Shown: one piece after another, positions 13,789-27,213 of the stretch | How positions within the stretch are numbered: position 1 is the first letter of the stretch | How the letters are laid out: the number at the start of each line of letters is the position of its first letter | Source of the DNA: Ruditapes philippinarum | Taxonomy: Eukaryota | Direction of reading: 5' to 3' | Assembly (NCBI RefSeq): GCF_026571515.1 | Contig: NW_026856168.1 | Coordinates: forward strand, 310,001-374,000 | DNA length: 64,000 nt | The notes under the pieces: generated by a model | Database searches by the model: none | Seen by the model: the letters and a program-made list of their open reading frames with translations, nothing else | What the model was told of the DNA's origin: nothing | Position numbers and translations under genes: made by a program

Positions 13789-15048
13789 TAGAAGAAGAAA
13801 AAAAGAACCATGATCAAAACGCTATACAACAAGTTAATTTAATTCTATTTATTCTTAAAATAAACCATGTTAGACATTATTTATGCATATAAAGAAATGT
13901 GATAAATCTATAATTCTAAAAAAGTTAGGGATCATTCGGAAAAGCAAAGAAAACAATATAAGCAATGACAACAAATTAAAAAAAAAGATATAACCGATGT
14001 GCAAGGTACATTTATATTGAAACAGAATTGCTAAAGTGTTAAGAATTCATTTACAAAATACATGCAAGATGTCACTAAACGGTGCATAAAATCATTTACG
14101 TTTGCTGTTAATAATACACCGCTCTTAACATGTTTTGCGATTAATCATAATAAATTTTTAAAGATAGTGTGTCGGAATATATAAAGATATTATTTTATAA
14201 TCACGTGTTACATGTCCTACATTTTCAGTTGTATATTTGGATAAAGATTAAATCACTGTAAAAATACATGTAATATAATTGTTTCCCCTTTGTATATAAC
14301 AACTTAATACAAAGAAATGGTCGATTATTGGTCTGTTATTCAAAATTGAAAACGTTTTCTGTTAACTTAAGTCATTACATTGTATTGTTTTTGTTTGTTA
14401 TTTCGCATGCATAATGCAACGAAAATAGATTTTCAATACAATCTTCACCCGCTATGAAATTCTTTCAAAATGAATCATTTGTTTTAAACTAATCTTTACA
14501 GTTCTATATATACATGTATCACTATTTTTGTACCTGATTCTTGTGACATTTTTGTATTTAATGTATTTAATAGTATGTTTGTTATTAAATGAAATACTTT
14601 TATGTAAATCTTTTATTCATTTATTGTGATCATTGTTAGTCATGTTATTAGCTTGTTAGCCATTACTTTATATATCTTGATTTATAAATAATTCGTCTTC
14701 TTAGGAACTCCACCTAGATTCAAAAGCCGAAAAACTTAAAATTGAATTTTTACTCATTTCAGCTGGGGCACGTAAAGCAGGAAGACATGCAAAAAATAAT
14801 TCAGAAATATACTCAGAAATGAATTGAAAAGCATACTTTTGTGCTATTTTTGATATGATTTGAGTGAAAAGTGTTTAAACGCTTTTCAATTTTAGGTCAT
14901 TTTTCACAATATGAATAATAATCCTGGATAAATCGCAATAGCAAATGATCTAAAATTTTGCACACAAGTTACTGATCTAGACCTACATCAATTAAAATCG
15001 AAAAATTATTTCCAGGTTCGTCATGTCAAAAAACCTCAATGGAGTCCC

Positions 15049-17540
15049 TTTAAAGCTCACCTGAGCCTTACCTCAAGTGTACTATTAACATAGGTCTTTT
15101 GCTTTGACGTCCGTCCTCCACCGTCAACAGTTAACTTTTCGGAGGTCATAATTTTGATCGGATTTTCATTAAACTGAGTCAGAATGATTGTATAAGTGGT
15201 TTCTCGGATGGAGTAATCTAAGGTCCAGAACTTCGTCGACAGATAAAACCAAAGAAAACTTTTGTTAACACTCTACACGTAACAGTCATCTTGAATCATG
15301 ATGACTTGTTGGCGTTAAGCATTGCCTCCTGGACATAAAGCCCCCCTCCTGACGATCACTAGTTGGCATAGACTTGTATTGTAAACGTGCCTTTTAAGAC
15401 CCCTTCTCCAAAACTATAATGATAAAGGCTTAGTTATTTGGTATGTAACATCACCTTGTGATTGTCCTCTAAAACGGTGTCTCGGTATTGAACTTTTCAC
15501 TAAAACTTACCCGTCCTTGGGGATCTCTTACTTTTCATAGACGTCTATTGGAAAACACAATAAAATCTTCTTTAGAAATGCCCAGCGCTTATACATTATA
15601 ATTGACATGTAGCATTCCCTAGCGGATCTTTGTAACATTTTTATATAAATCATGACCCGCTGGTTAAAAAATGGCCCACGTATATAACATACGTTAAATA
15701 CAAAGCATAATAGATCATTCAGAAAAAACTTCAATAAGGTTTCTAGATTTGTCAAGGTATTTGTGTAGAATAGAATTTCTTAATTTATGTACTTAAACAA
15801 TTTGGTTTTAAATCGAATTTTATAATCTGGGTCGAAATATTTTATAATGATATTAAATCATGTATCTTCAACAATGGACATAAATCAGAGATATTTAATT
15901 TAAACCGAGGGATCAAACAAGGATGTCCATTATCTGCTCTATTATTAGTCTTAGCTGCTGAAATAATTGCTAATCCGGAACTCGAATAATATATAAGAAA
16001 TTAATTGTAATAAACCAATTAAAAAAACACAACTTCCTGATGACACTACATTTTTTTTTGAAATCTGAAGCAATAAATCTGGTAGAGCACTTCGGGAAAT
16101 ACACGGGGTTACAAATCAATATCAAGCGAACTGAAGTTATGTGGATTGGATGTAGTAAATCACGAACTGATAAAGTAGGAAATATAACATGGCCAAATAA
16201 AACAATTTTAGCACTATGAGTCTATTTTGTCATACATTTATCTTAAATGGTAATCTTAAATAACTGAATGTCACGGTCTAATAAAAAAAATGGTTGAAAG
16301 TTAAATTAACGATTTATGGAAAAGTTCAAGTTAGAAAATCTTTATTGATACCTACATTTACTTATCTGTTTCATTCTTTAGTTGTGCCAAATGAGATCAT
16401 GAAACAAGATGATGCTATTCAATTTTTTATTGGGCAATAAACAGGAAAAAGTAAAACGTGCAACTTTAGTAGGCAATAAATTACAAAGAGGAATAGGCAT
16501 GTTAGAATCATATATAACTTCTTTAAAACTTTAGTAAAAACAAAGTAAAAGCTTTAACTGATGCGTCAGAAGCAAACTGGAAAATTACTCCAAAATGCCT
16601 TCCATATTTTAATACTTTATTGTAACACAGACACCTTAAAAAGTCTCAGATGTGACTGAATTATATCAATAGCTTATACACATATGGATAAACACACGCA
16701 ATTGACAAAAAGAAGAACAAAATTTGATATTTTAGTAAATAAGAAAACACATAAGTTTGGGCAATAGATTCATTAAAATAAATAACAAATGTTTGTTTTT
16801 TTAAAACATGGAATAAATCGAATATATTTTTTTAAATGGTTTTCTTAAAAATCAGGGTGTAATATATCAAAATGTTATTTTAAATAAGCTAGTAGATAAA
16901 CGCAAAATTTCCACGAAAATAATAAAAGTAATATCCCTGCGGTCAACTATAGACCCCGGGTCACTTAGTTCATATGGACTTAAAATATAAGAGTAGGAGA
17001 TATAAATTAATTTTGTCCATAGCTTAGATATGTGGCAGATATAATTGCCTAGTGAACATCTATAAAATTTACAAACTAAAACGTTCCCCTGGGTTAAAGT
17101 TGGTCCTACCCTGGGGTTACTTAATGTATTTTAGACTTGTGTAGTAAGCATGTCTTAAACTTATTGAACGCCGCCTTTCCTTGTTGATCTTGTTTATCAT
17201 ATGTTAGATATTTGAAAATTAGTGTCACCCTGTCTCCATAACTTATATAAAATATGTCTCAGGGGTTAAAATTAGTCATCCCCGGGGTCACTTAGTTTTT
17301 ATAAACTCATGTAGTAAAACACAAATTAAGCTTTGTTTGTGATGATCTTAGATATTTGGGATACAGATATTCCAAGCAGACATCTACAAATATTTTATAG
17401 GTTATGCAATTTGGCTCAAAATGACAAACCCAATGTGACCTTTATTTACATGGTTTTTTTCCTGCATAGAAAATGGTGATCTTTCCTAGTATTGTATCTC
17501 GGATGAGTGATCTACGGCCATCATGGTCATGTGGTTTCTT
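15049..17540 (+). mobile_element. Degenerate HINE/Helentron-like non-autonomous element split by a LINE fragment
   Basis: 5' TTTAAAGCTCACCTGAGC plus GTCCGTCC motif; decayed internal repeats (CCCGGGGTCAC); 3' end GATGAGTGATCTACGGCCATCATGGTC, resembling the usual GGTGAGCGATCTAGGGCCATCATGGCC terminus. Confidence 0.5.
15735..16915 (+). mobile_element. Decayed non-LTR retrotransposon reverse transcriptase fragment (L1/Tx1-like)
   Basis: Translates to KQFGFKSNFIIWVEIFYNDIKSCIFNNGHKSEIFNLNRGIKQGCPLSALLLVLAAEII (QGCPLS motif), then QLPDDTTF (decayed F/YADD); many stops and frameshifts. Confidence 0.85.
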
Positions 17541-17714
17541 CTTTTCTTGTTCTTGTCTTCTTCTTTCTACATGCCTTTGCATTCTGACCGACTGCAAAGC
17601 TTTAGCTTATCTCTTGTTCACGACTTGATTTCTGTGCGACCAGTGTATGTCTATATATAGCAGCGGTCATTTTAACAAGATCATTTATATGCCTTTAAGA
17701 TTTTACTTTGGGCA

Positions 17715-17955
17715 TTTGTAGCCGAGTGTTTACAGTTGTTAAATTGTTTTGAAACCACTAGGCCCTTATGTATGAATCCTGCCCGGGACTTTGGATTATT
17801 TCAAGTGCGGAAGCAATCCGACTAGCTTACGGAATGCAAAGGCCCTCAAGGGAAACAGCGCGTGAACAGGATCCTGAGGTCTTCCAATACCATCAAAGAT
17901 ACAAGTATGATCTTGACAATGCCAATGTTAATTTAAACATTACCAGTCTTTAAAC
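17715..17955 (+). mobile_element. Degenerate tRNA-derived SINE-like fragment
   Basis: A-box-like GTAGCCGAGTG and B-box-like GAATCC followed by a body similar to antisense fragments elsewhere (about 20215-20430). Confidence 0.4.
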
Positions 17956-20552
17956 CTTTGATAGTAAAAGAATATTTATTATAACTATGAAAATATAATC
18001 GTTGAATTCATTTGTGTTGTTTCCTTTATTAACTGACACATTCATTAAGAGTTAACTTTAGTACGTTCACAGATCTTTTTGTCATACAAAATATTAGACT
18101 TATTTATGAGCTATGATTGCACATATCTTTATTATATACATGTTTACACCTAAATTTCGTTAGATTATAATGCATTTTCTAAAGAGAACAAGTTTAAGTA
18201 AATATTCGCTTTGATTTAATTTTGAATCGATATTAATACCAGTTTATAATAATGCTATTTACAATGTAGGCAAATTTAATTAAATGTTCTGAACTATTGA
18301 AGTAAATTAATAGATGGTAAAAAAAGACAAATATGTTCAGCACTTTATTTTATTTCAAAGAAATTGTACTCTGGCTTAATCGAAATGTTCCCTTGTTGAA
18401 ATGAGTAATAGCAATTGACTTGGGAGGGTCTGCAAAGCTGTCATTATCTCGGTTCTAACTAAGTTTCCTTGAGAGTCTGAAACTGTGCAAGGAAAACAAT
18501 CACATATTAGTGAAATGTTCTCGTAAGGGTCCCCAGATGTCAACATTATTCTTATCTCAATTGGAACCAAAATAATTGGAAGTCTCCGAGCGTAAAAACA
18601 AATAGCTGCAGATCGGTGCAATGGGCTTCGGACTGCTTCTAGATGTTAAAACCAATGTCAAAGAACGATGTAATAGATTAAACGAAGAATAGTGTTATCA
18701 TCTAGTGACCCTTATCAGTCCATTTCACAGGTATGTGACTGTTTTATTTACACAGTTGCAGACTTTTCAGGAATCTTGGTTCCAATGATTGAAGAACGAC
18801 GCAATAGGTTTTCGGAAGCTCCTAGATGTCAAATCTTGTTTAAACCCAAACTGCACTAGAACTCCGGAACGTTTGTTGCACGTAATTATGCATAAACGTT
18901 TCAAAAGTAAGACAAAGTATCATAATTGCCATGTTAAATTCTCCAACGCTTTATTTTATAGAAAAGTTTCATATCTTTACACGTATTTTAAAATGTTATA
19001 ACTCTAGATCGTTTACATTTACAACTTATGCCCGTCTGTCTCGATTTATGTTAAAAAAATTGACGAACACTCACAATCCTTTATCTTATCGCATTCAAAA
19101 GGTTATACCCCAAATTACCCGCAGTTGTTCTATAGCAACCGTAACCATCGGTACAAAGTTTTAAACCAGCATTCCGATTATTCTTCTCGTTCCATGGGAT
19201 CTTTCCTTACAACCTATGGAACTTGGCAAGTAATAAGAATTTTGTCAGACAAAAGCTCCGCCCGCCCGATTAGTTCAAAAGTGAGAGCATCGGATAAGTA
19301 ATGCAGGGGTCTTTGCTTTAATCCTTGGGCGACAGACATTGAGTCTAATGGTCAATTGTCTCTCAACGCTAATTCAAAAGCAGACGTGAGATTAGTATAC
19401 GGTCAGAGGCTAAGAAATAGATCATTACTGGTTCATTTGTAGTTATCCAGGAAGCTGGTTGGATGGATCGACCGTTGAGACATTACATGAGTTAATCTTG
19501 GTGTAAAAAAAAAACAGAAACAAACAAACAAATAGAAACGTCCGTTTGAGTATGCCATATTTGAAAGTACACTCATTATCATATCTCTATAGAGCAGCTG
19601 CCGAATGACTCCTCCTTTAAGATTTACATAATTATATAGGATTCCTTTTTATTACATCAAACCCCACAATTTTATTGCCAAAAGCTGTTCATCGCTGCGT
19701 TCTTGTAGGTGTTTTTCATATTCCTGAAAACCTTTTCTTTAGTTTCTTATTCATGATGCCGGATTGTTTCTCCTTAAGACCGATGCTTAATGCGACTGCT
19801 ACTTTAAAAAAAGCTTCATCTACAATTCAACTCCAATGATTGATCTCAAAAGGCTCCTCTTCGGGTTATCGTATTCACCCTCTCTGGACACGTCCTCTAT
19901 GTGCCTAAAATATCCTCTTTTACGTCTGACATCGCGTCTCCGTCCAAGTCTTTGTCTAAGTGCACTGTTTTTTGTGTGTGTCGTATCTAAAATTTTCAAA
20001 ATTTCAAACTGAAACATCTTCCTCAATGTTTTAAAAGGAATGAGGAGTGAGGGAAGCGCTCATTTAGGCAATTTTATTCTTGTTGCTTTCAGTTTTCTTC
20101 CAGTAGATGGTAGATTTCTGTTAAAATTTGATAACACGCTATACAACAAGCGCATTATAAAAATCATTTCATATTCCTGATTAAGCAGCCTATATCTTAG
20201 ATCAGATTCAGAAAACTTTTTTCGATTGGGTTATACGTCGCACAAACACAGAAGAGGACATATGGCGACTTTCTAGCTTTAATGATAGAGGAAGATCCGA
20301 GGTGTGTTTTCATGCATAATTTCAGACACGAGCGGAATAAAGTCACCGTCGTTCCGTAAGTTAGCTGGATAGAGCCCCCAAACCCAAACCTAGACCTCCA
20401 TGTTCAGAAACCAGTGCATTTTACCATTCAGCCTTGACATGTAATAAGGAAAGACGGGTGTTCGAGAGTGCCATAAATTGAGACGACATTTTATATTTAT
20501 TGGTTTGCATTTTCAAGTGCGCATTTACAAGTAAACGAAACGTTCGATGAAA

Positions 20553-23500
20553 ATGAGGGTGTTTGTAATAGTTTATATCATATATGGATATTTTGCCTAT
20601 TTTACATGTGAGTTTTTCATGTTTAGATTTATCAGAAGTTTCATATATTTGTTAAAATACACAACAAATCACGGAAATATCGTCGTGAGGAATGGTAAAG
20701 TAAATGTTATTTAAAGACATTCTTTGCTCACCCTTGAATAAATATTTTAGTCAAAGAAATTTATTAAAATCTATGAAATTCTTACTGAATATGTCTAACT
20801 TTAATAAAGAATGAATAATGTATGTATGGGAAGCTGCGTTCCCCAATACAGGTCAAGTAAAATTGGGTTTTTTTTTCTTTAAAAAAACTGTCAGTTTTTT
20901 AACGCCACTATATACTTATATTATGACCACCTTTAGTGTGTAGAATTTGAGCATAACATATCTACTTTGTGTTAAGTAAAAACATGCTTATTTTATATTT
21001 ACAAAGAGACTGTGTAGCAATTATCAATATTTTCTTATATCACGTTTGAGCAGAGTATATCTTTAACGACTTTTTTGAAAAAATAAAAACAAATTAAACA
21101 TTGGAATTGTATTTCTGAAAATGGTACGAGTTTTTGTTCATTACATTCATTCAAAACAAGCCCCAAAAAAGTTGTTTCTGGATATGATAAAGCTATTAAT
21201 TGAGGAACAATTTTAGCTACGCAGCCAGTTAATTATTGAAGTGTCTACTCATGTCTGAAATAACGTCTGGAGTCTTCCTAGAAATAAGGCACAATACAAG
21301 TGCCGATGTGACTTTAAACCCAACAAAAAATAATAGATAGATAGGGATAAAAACAATCCAAAACAAAACAAAAATATATAAAAATAATACTTAAAATGGT
21401 GTCAACCAGTGTTTGTACGCGCGTTCGATTGATCACGTCATGGAACTTAAAATTCAGACCGCGTATAGTACCGTTTAGTTATAAAAAGACTTTTTTTCTC
21501 TTATTCGCTTCCCTTTAACGAAAATAAATCATTTTTCAATTAATAAGATTTATAAAACCTTTAAAGCATGTGACAGAATGAACAACAACAATGAAAAAGG
21601 ATGAAGGCAACCGCATTGTTTCAATATCATTTAAACGGAATCATTTAATACGCATCAATACAAAATAACTCTATATGTCTTCCGAAGCTGAATCTCTAAA
21701 CTAATAATTTTGAAAGCTCACAGTCTGTAAAATAAACCATTATCTTGATTAATAACATGTCGATATCTATAAAGTTTTAAAAAAGCTTTTCCTAATTCAC
21801 TGACTACAGTTATACTCTAATATTTGGCTTATCTTTATGTAAGTAAATAAAATAATGGCTATTTTAAGTCAGAAAAAATTGTCTAAAGCCTCTAACACAT
21901 CAGCCGCACGTAATTTGGCTTGTAGATTTGTAGAGAAACCTGTGCCGTAGAAAAATCGCAGGAAATTTTGCAGTCTATCTAGACAGATTTGTATATCTGT
22001 CGTGTGACATCATTTGATGTCGGTCCGCGGTAGCCACAATATGCTTTTGCGAAAAACCTGTGGTCCTCGCAAGACAAAGTACGCAAACATTTTACTAGAG
22101 AACCTCTAGAAATCGTGACTCCGCCGTACGATTGTCTTACGACAGTCTTGAGACGCCCAAAATAGGTAAAAAAATCGCAAAAATAATGTGCATGTTGAGA
22201 AATCAGTCTGCGACGTTGCGGCAACATTGCGACCTTAAAGAATTCGTACGAATGTCTAGCGGATCCCGCACGAAACACAGCGATCTTTGTCAAAATTCGT
22301 TCGTACGCCTACCGTAGGGCTGATGTGAAAGAGGCTTCAGACTAACAACGGTTAAAGGGGTGGGTGGGTGATCAATTCGACCTGTACAATACAAGGCAAA
22401 GTCCTCGACACCTGTCAATTACATATGCACTTCAAGTTCAGTGAGCACGAAATAATCGTGCTAAACTATGACACAACTAATTAAACCGTACATCTATAAC
22501 TCTTAAACTGCAAAAAATGCATTTGATCTTGAAGTGTACAATGTATTTTACTTGAACGGATTTGGCTTGGCCGTTATTACACCAGGCACGTAGGTAGAGA
22601 TGAATGTCATTTATTTTTACACCATATAAACGATTTTCTGAACATTACAGTCGCACAAAATGGGACAAATGAGACAGAGGGGCTCCGATGTTACTATTGC
22701 GCATCAACGGGTGGGAACAACAAATGCGAAGACTTTGATACGTACAAAAAAGCGATGGAAGGTAAAGGCAACGAAAGAGTGAAGAAAACGTGCACACCTC
22801 CATACAATAAAACATGCATAATGGAAACTTATGAAATACTTGGTAAGTTGAATATATGCCCCTATTCTAAGGTTCTTTAGCAAAATGTTTCAATCACTTC
22901 ATTTTCTAAAATGTTTACAAAGTTGACATAAATATGTTTTATTTTGATATATTTCTATAACAGTTGATACAATGAAAGGTCTGTAAATTAAGTATATTAT
23001 TATTTAACATAAAGCTGGACGCTTTTTGCTTCCACGTAACAAATACATATACCATTCGTGAGAAGTCGGTATATTTCGTCGCTTTCTGAGATTGAAATGT
23101 AAACGTGAGCGTCTGTTTGACCAGGAGCAACGAAACCTGTTAAAACGCAGCTGTCTTGATAGTCTCCAACAAAATGTGTTTTAACGCCGCTATCCCGATA
23201 TAGTATGACAAGGTACAATGATACGTGTTTTAACGCCGCCATTTGATAAGCTCCTGTATTGTACAATGATACGTGTTTAAACGCCGCTATTTGATAAGCT
23301 CCTGTATGACAAGGTACAATGATACGTGTTTAAACGCCTTCTATTTGATAAGCTCCTGTATAACAAGGTACAATGATACGTGTTTACACGCCTTCTATTT
23401 GATAAGCTCCTGTATGACAAGGTGCAATTATACGTGTTTAAACGCCGCCATTTGATAAGCTCCTGAATGACAAGGTACAATGATACGTGTTTAAACGCCG

Positions 23501-26500
23501 CCATTTGATAAGCTCCTGTATGACAAGGTACAATGATACGTGTTTAAACGCCGCTATTTGATAAGCTCCTGTATGACAAGGTACAATGATACGTGTTTTA
23601 ACGCCGCTATTTGATAAGCTCCTGTATGACAAGGTACAATGATACGTGTTTAAACGCCGCTATTTGATAAGCTCCTGTATGACAAGGTACAATGATACGT
23701 GTTTAAACGCCGCTATTTGATAAGCTCCTGTATGACAAGGTACAATGATACGTGTTTTAAACACCGCTATTTGATAAGCTCCTGTATGACAAGGTACAAT
23801 GATACATATTTTAACGTCGCTATTTGATAAGCTCCTGTATGACAAGGTACAATGATACGTGTTTTAAAACGCCGCTATTTGATAAGCTCCTGTATGACAA
23901 GGTACAATGATACGTGTTTAAACGCCGCTATTTGATAAGCTTCTGTATGACAAGGTACAATGATACGTGTTTAAACGCCGCTATTTGATAAGCTTCTGTA
24001 TGACAAGGTACAATGATACGTGTTTAAACGCCGCTATTTGATAAGCTTCTGTATGACAAGGTACAATGATACGTGTTTAAACGCCGCTATTTGATAATCT
24101 TCTGTATAACAAGGTACAATGATACGTGTTATAACGCCGCTATTTGATAAGCTCCTGTATGACAAGGTACAATGATACGTGTTTAAACGTCGCTATTTGA
24201 TAATCTTCTGTATGACAAGGTACAATGATACATATTTTAATACCGCCATTTGATAAGCTCCTGTATGTTAAGGTACAATGATACGTGTTTTAAACGCCTC
24301 TATTTGATAAGCTCCTGTATGACAAGGTACAATGATACGTTTTTTAACGTCGCTAATTGATGAGCTCCTGAATGACAAGGTACAATGATACGTGTTTAAA
24401 CGCCGCTATTTGATAAGCTCCTGTATGACAAGGTACAATGATACGTGTTTAAACGCCGCCATTTGATAAGCTCCTGTATTACAAGGTACAATGATACGTG
24501 TTTTAACACCGCTATTTGATAAGCTCCTGTATGACAAGGTACAATGATACGTATTTTAACGTCGCTATTTGATAAGCTCCTGTATGACAAGGTACAATGA
24601 TACGTGTTTTAACGCCGCTATTTGATAAGCTTCTTATGACAAGGTACAATGATACGTGTTTAAACGCCGCTATTTGATAAGCTCCTATATGACAAGGTAC
24701 AATAATACGTGTTATAACGCCGCTTTTTCATAAGCTCATGTATGACAAGGTACAATAATACGTGTTATAACGCCGCTATTTGATAAGCTCCTGTATGACA
24801 AGGTACAATAATACGTGTTATAATGCCCTTTTTTCATAAGCTCCTGTATGACAACATACAATAATACGTGTCATAACGCCGCTTTTTCATAAGCTCCTGT
24901 ATGACAAGTTACAATGATACGTGTTTAAACGCCGCTATTTGATAAGCTTCTGTATGACAAGGTACAATGATACGTGTTTAAACGCCGCCATTTGATAAGC
25001 TCCTGTATGACAAGGTACAATGATACGTGTTTAAACGCCGCCATTTGATAAGCTCCTGTATGACAAGGTACAATGATCGTGTTTAACACCGCTATTTGAT
25101 AAGCTCTGTATGACAAGGTACAATGATACGTGTTTAAACGCCGCTATTTGATAAGCTCCTGTATGACAAGGTACAATGATACGTGTTTTAAACGCCGCTA
25201 TTTGATAAGCTCCTGTATGACAAGGTACAATGATACGTGTTTTAACACCCGCTATTTGATAAGCTTCTGTATGACAAGGTACAATGATACGTGTTTTTAA
25301 CGCCGCTATTTGATAAGCTTCTGTATGACAAGGTACAATGATACGTGTTTAAACGCCGCTATTTGATAAGCTCCTGTATGACAAGGTACAATGATACGTG
25401 TTTAAACGCCGCCATTTGATAAGCTCCTGTATGACAAGGTACAATGATACGTGTTTAAAACGCCGCTATTTGATAAGCTTCTGTATGACAAGGTACAATG
25501 ATACGTGTTTAAACGCCGCTATTTGATAAGCTCCTGTATGACAAGGTACAATGATACGTGTTTAAACGCCGCCATTTGATAAGCTCCTGTATGACAAGGT
25601 ACAATGATACGTGTTTAAACGCCGCTATTTGATAAGCTCCTGTATGACAAGGTACAATGATACGTGTTTTTAACACCGCTATTTGATAAGCTTCTGTATG
25701 ACAAGGTACAATGATACGTGTTTTAAACGCCGCTATTTGATAAGCTTCTGTATGACAAAGTACAATGATACGTGTTTAAACGCCGCCATTTGATAAGCTC
25801 CTGTATGACAAGGTACAATGATACGTGTTTTAACACCGCCATTTCATACGCTCCTGTATGACAAGGTACAATGATACGTATTTTAATACTGCCCATTTCA
25901 TAAGCTCCTGTATGACAAGGTACAATGATACGTGTTTTAACACCGCCATTTGATAAGCTTCTGTATGACAAGGTACAATGATACGTGTTTTAACGCCGCT
26001 ATTTGATAAGCTCCTGTATGACAAGGTACAATGATACGTGTTTTAACGCCGCTATTTGATAAGGCGCTATTTGATAAGCTTCTGTATGACAAGGTACAAT
26101 GATACGTGTTTTAACACCGCTATTTGATAAGCTCCTGTATGACAAGGTACAATGATACGTGTTTTAACACCGCTATTTGATAAGCTCCTGTATGACAAGG
26201 TACAATGATACGTGTTTTAACACCGCTATTTGATAAGCTTCTGTATGACAAGGTACAATGATACGTGTTTAACGCCGCTATTTGATAAGCTTCTGTATGA
26301 CAAGGTACAATAATACGTGTTATAACGCCGCTACTTGATAAGCTCCTGTATGACAAGGTACAATAAAACGTGTTATTACGTCACTATCTTCACAAGTCCT
26401 GTTTGACCAGGAGCAACAACGTGAATGTTATGCCATCCGGTAGACATTTTGTACTTTCAGTTTCTGCAACCATAATAATCAGTATATAGGTAATGTAGTG

Positions 26501-27213
26501 TATACTTATATATCTATAAATTCACCTAATTTAGGTGGCCATTTACTAGATATATTGGAATGAACATAATCAACAACTGCAAGTATTATATCACGATTTC
26601 TTTACATGTTTAGTTTCTTAGCCTAGGTTACACAGAAATACCGTATTCGTTCCGTGTATTCTTATTTTTGTGTTCGAAGACTGACGGAAATGGCTGATTT
26701 CAGACTGACTAGTCTAGAGTTCCTTCCCCTTACACTACTTTCCATAGTAAATGTAGGCAGGGAACCAGACTATAGACTGACGTCCTTTGATTTTTGAGCA
26801 ATTCATATGAATGATTTCAATATGAAAATTTAAATGTAGATTTGTAGCCAAAAATATAGAACCTGCTCAAACTGGTAAGCAAAGAATTTATACATAATCA
26901 AATGCAGTCCATTATATTTTCAGGGAACACCGTGTCACATATCAGAGGTTGCAGCGACAATGAACACTTCTCCTTCCTTTCAAGTCTTTCATATAACAGA
27001 AGCGCATACCAGCGTCTGGAGGATCTCAAGATAAACAACGAGACCGCGTGCGTATGGGACGGTCAACATCTCGTCTGCTTAACCAAATGTGATACAAATT
27101 TTTGTAACGGCCCTCAACTTAAGGAAGTAATAAATAGTGCCACTGTGATCAACCTGTCTTCAATTTTAATGTTTGTTATAGTTTTAGCAAGCAACATATT
27201 TCACCGAAAGTAA
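20553..27213 (+). CDS. Ly6/uPAR (quiver-like) protein with GPI-type tail, paralog B, 178 aa; exons 20553-20607, 22651-22842, 26924-27213
   Basis: Signal exon MRVFVIVYIIYGYFAYFT with T|GTGAGT donor (in-frame upstream ATG at 20547); exon sizes 55/192/290 identical to paralog A; 10 Cys, CN motif, hydrophobic tail. Confidence 0.9.
20711..21066. mobile_element. TTAA-flanked Kolobok-like MITE in intron 1 of paralog B
   Basis: TTAA-AGACATTCTTTGCTCA ... TGAGCAGAGTATATCT-TTAA imperfect TIRs. Confidence 0.7.
21884..22339. mobile_element. PIF/Harbinger-like MITE in intron 1 of paralog B
   Basis: TIRs AAGCCTCTAACACATCAGCC / GGCTGATGTGAAAGAGGCTT. Confidence 0.6.
23180..26420. repeat. 53-bp satellite array, about 60 copies, in intron 2 of paralog B
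   Basis: TTTGATAAGCTCCTGTATGACAAGGTACAATGATACGTGTTTAAACGCCGCTA repeated with very high homogeneity. Confidence 0.97.
26710..26772. mobile_element. Tiny hairpin element with an 8-9 bp target-site duplication
   Basis: TAGTCTAGAGTTCC...GGAACCAGACTA flanked by CAGACTGAC / TAGACTGAC. Confidence 0.5.

Noticed and set aside
18690-18736. Strong donor CAG|GTATGT upstream of paralog B as a counterpart of the 7303 exon
   Set aside because: The phase-1 frame contains a TGA shortly upstream, and there is no clear similarity to the 7303 exon.
23180-26420. Possible CRISPR array or coding repeats in the 53-bp (and 61-bp, 48-bp) arrays
   Set aside because: The units are contiguous with no unique spacers, there are no cas genes and the context is eukaryotic. 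The short ORFs are repeat artefacts.
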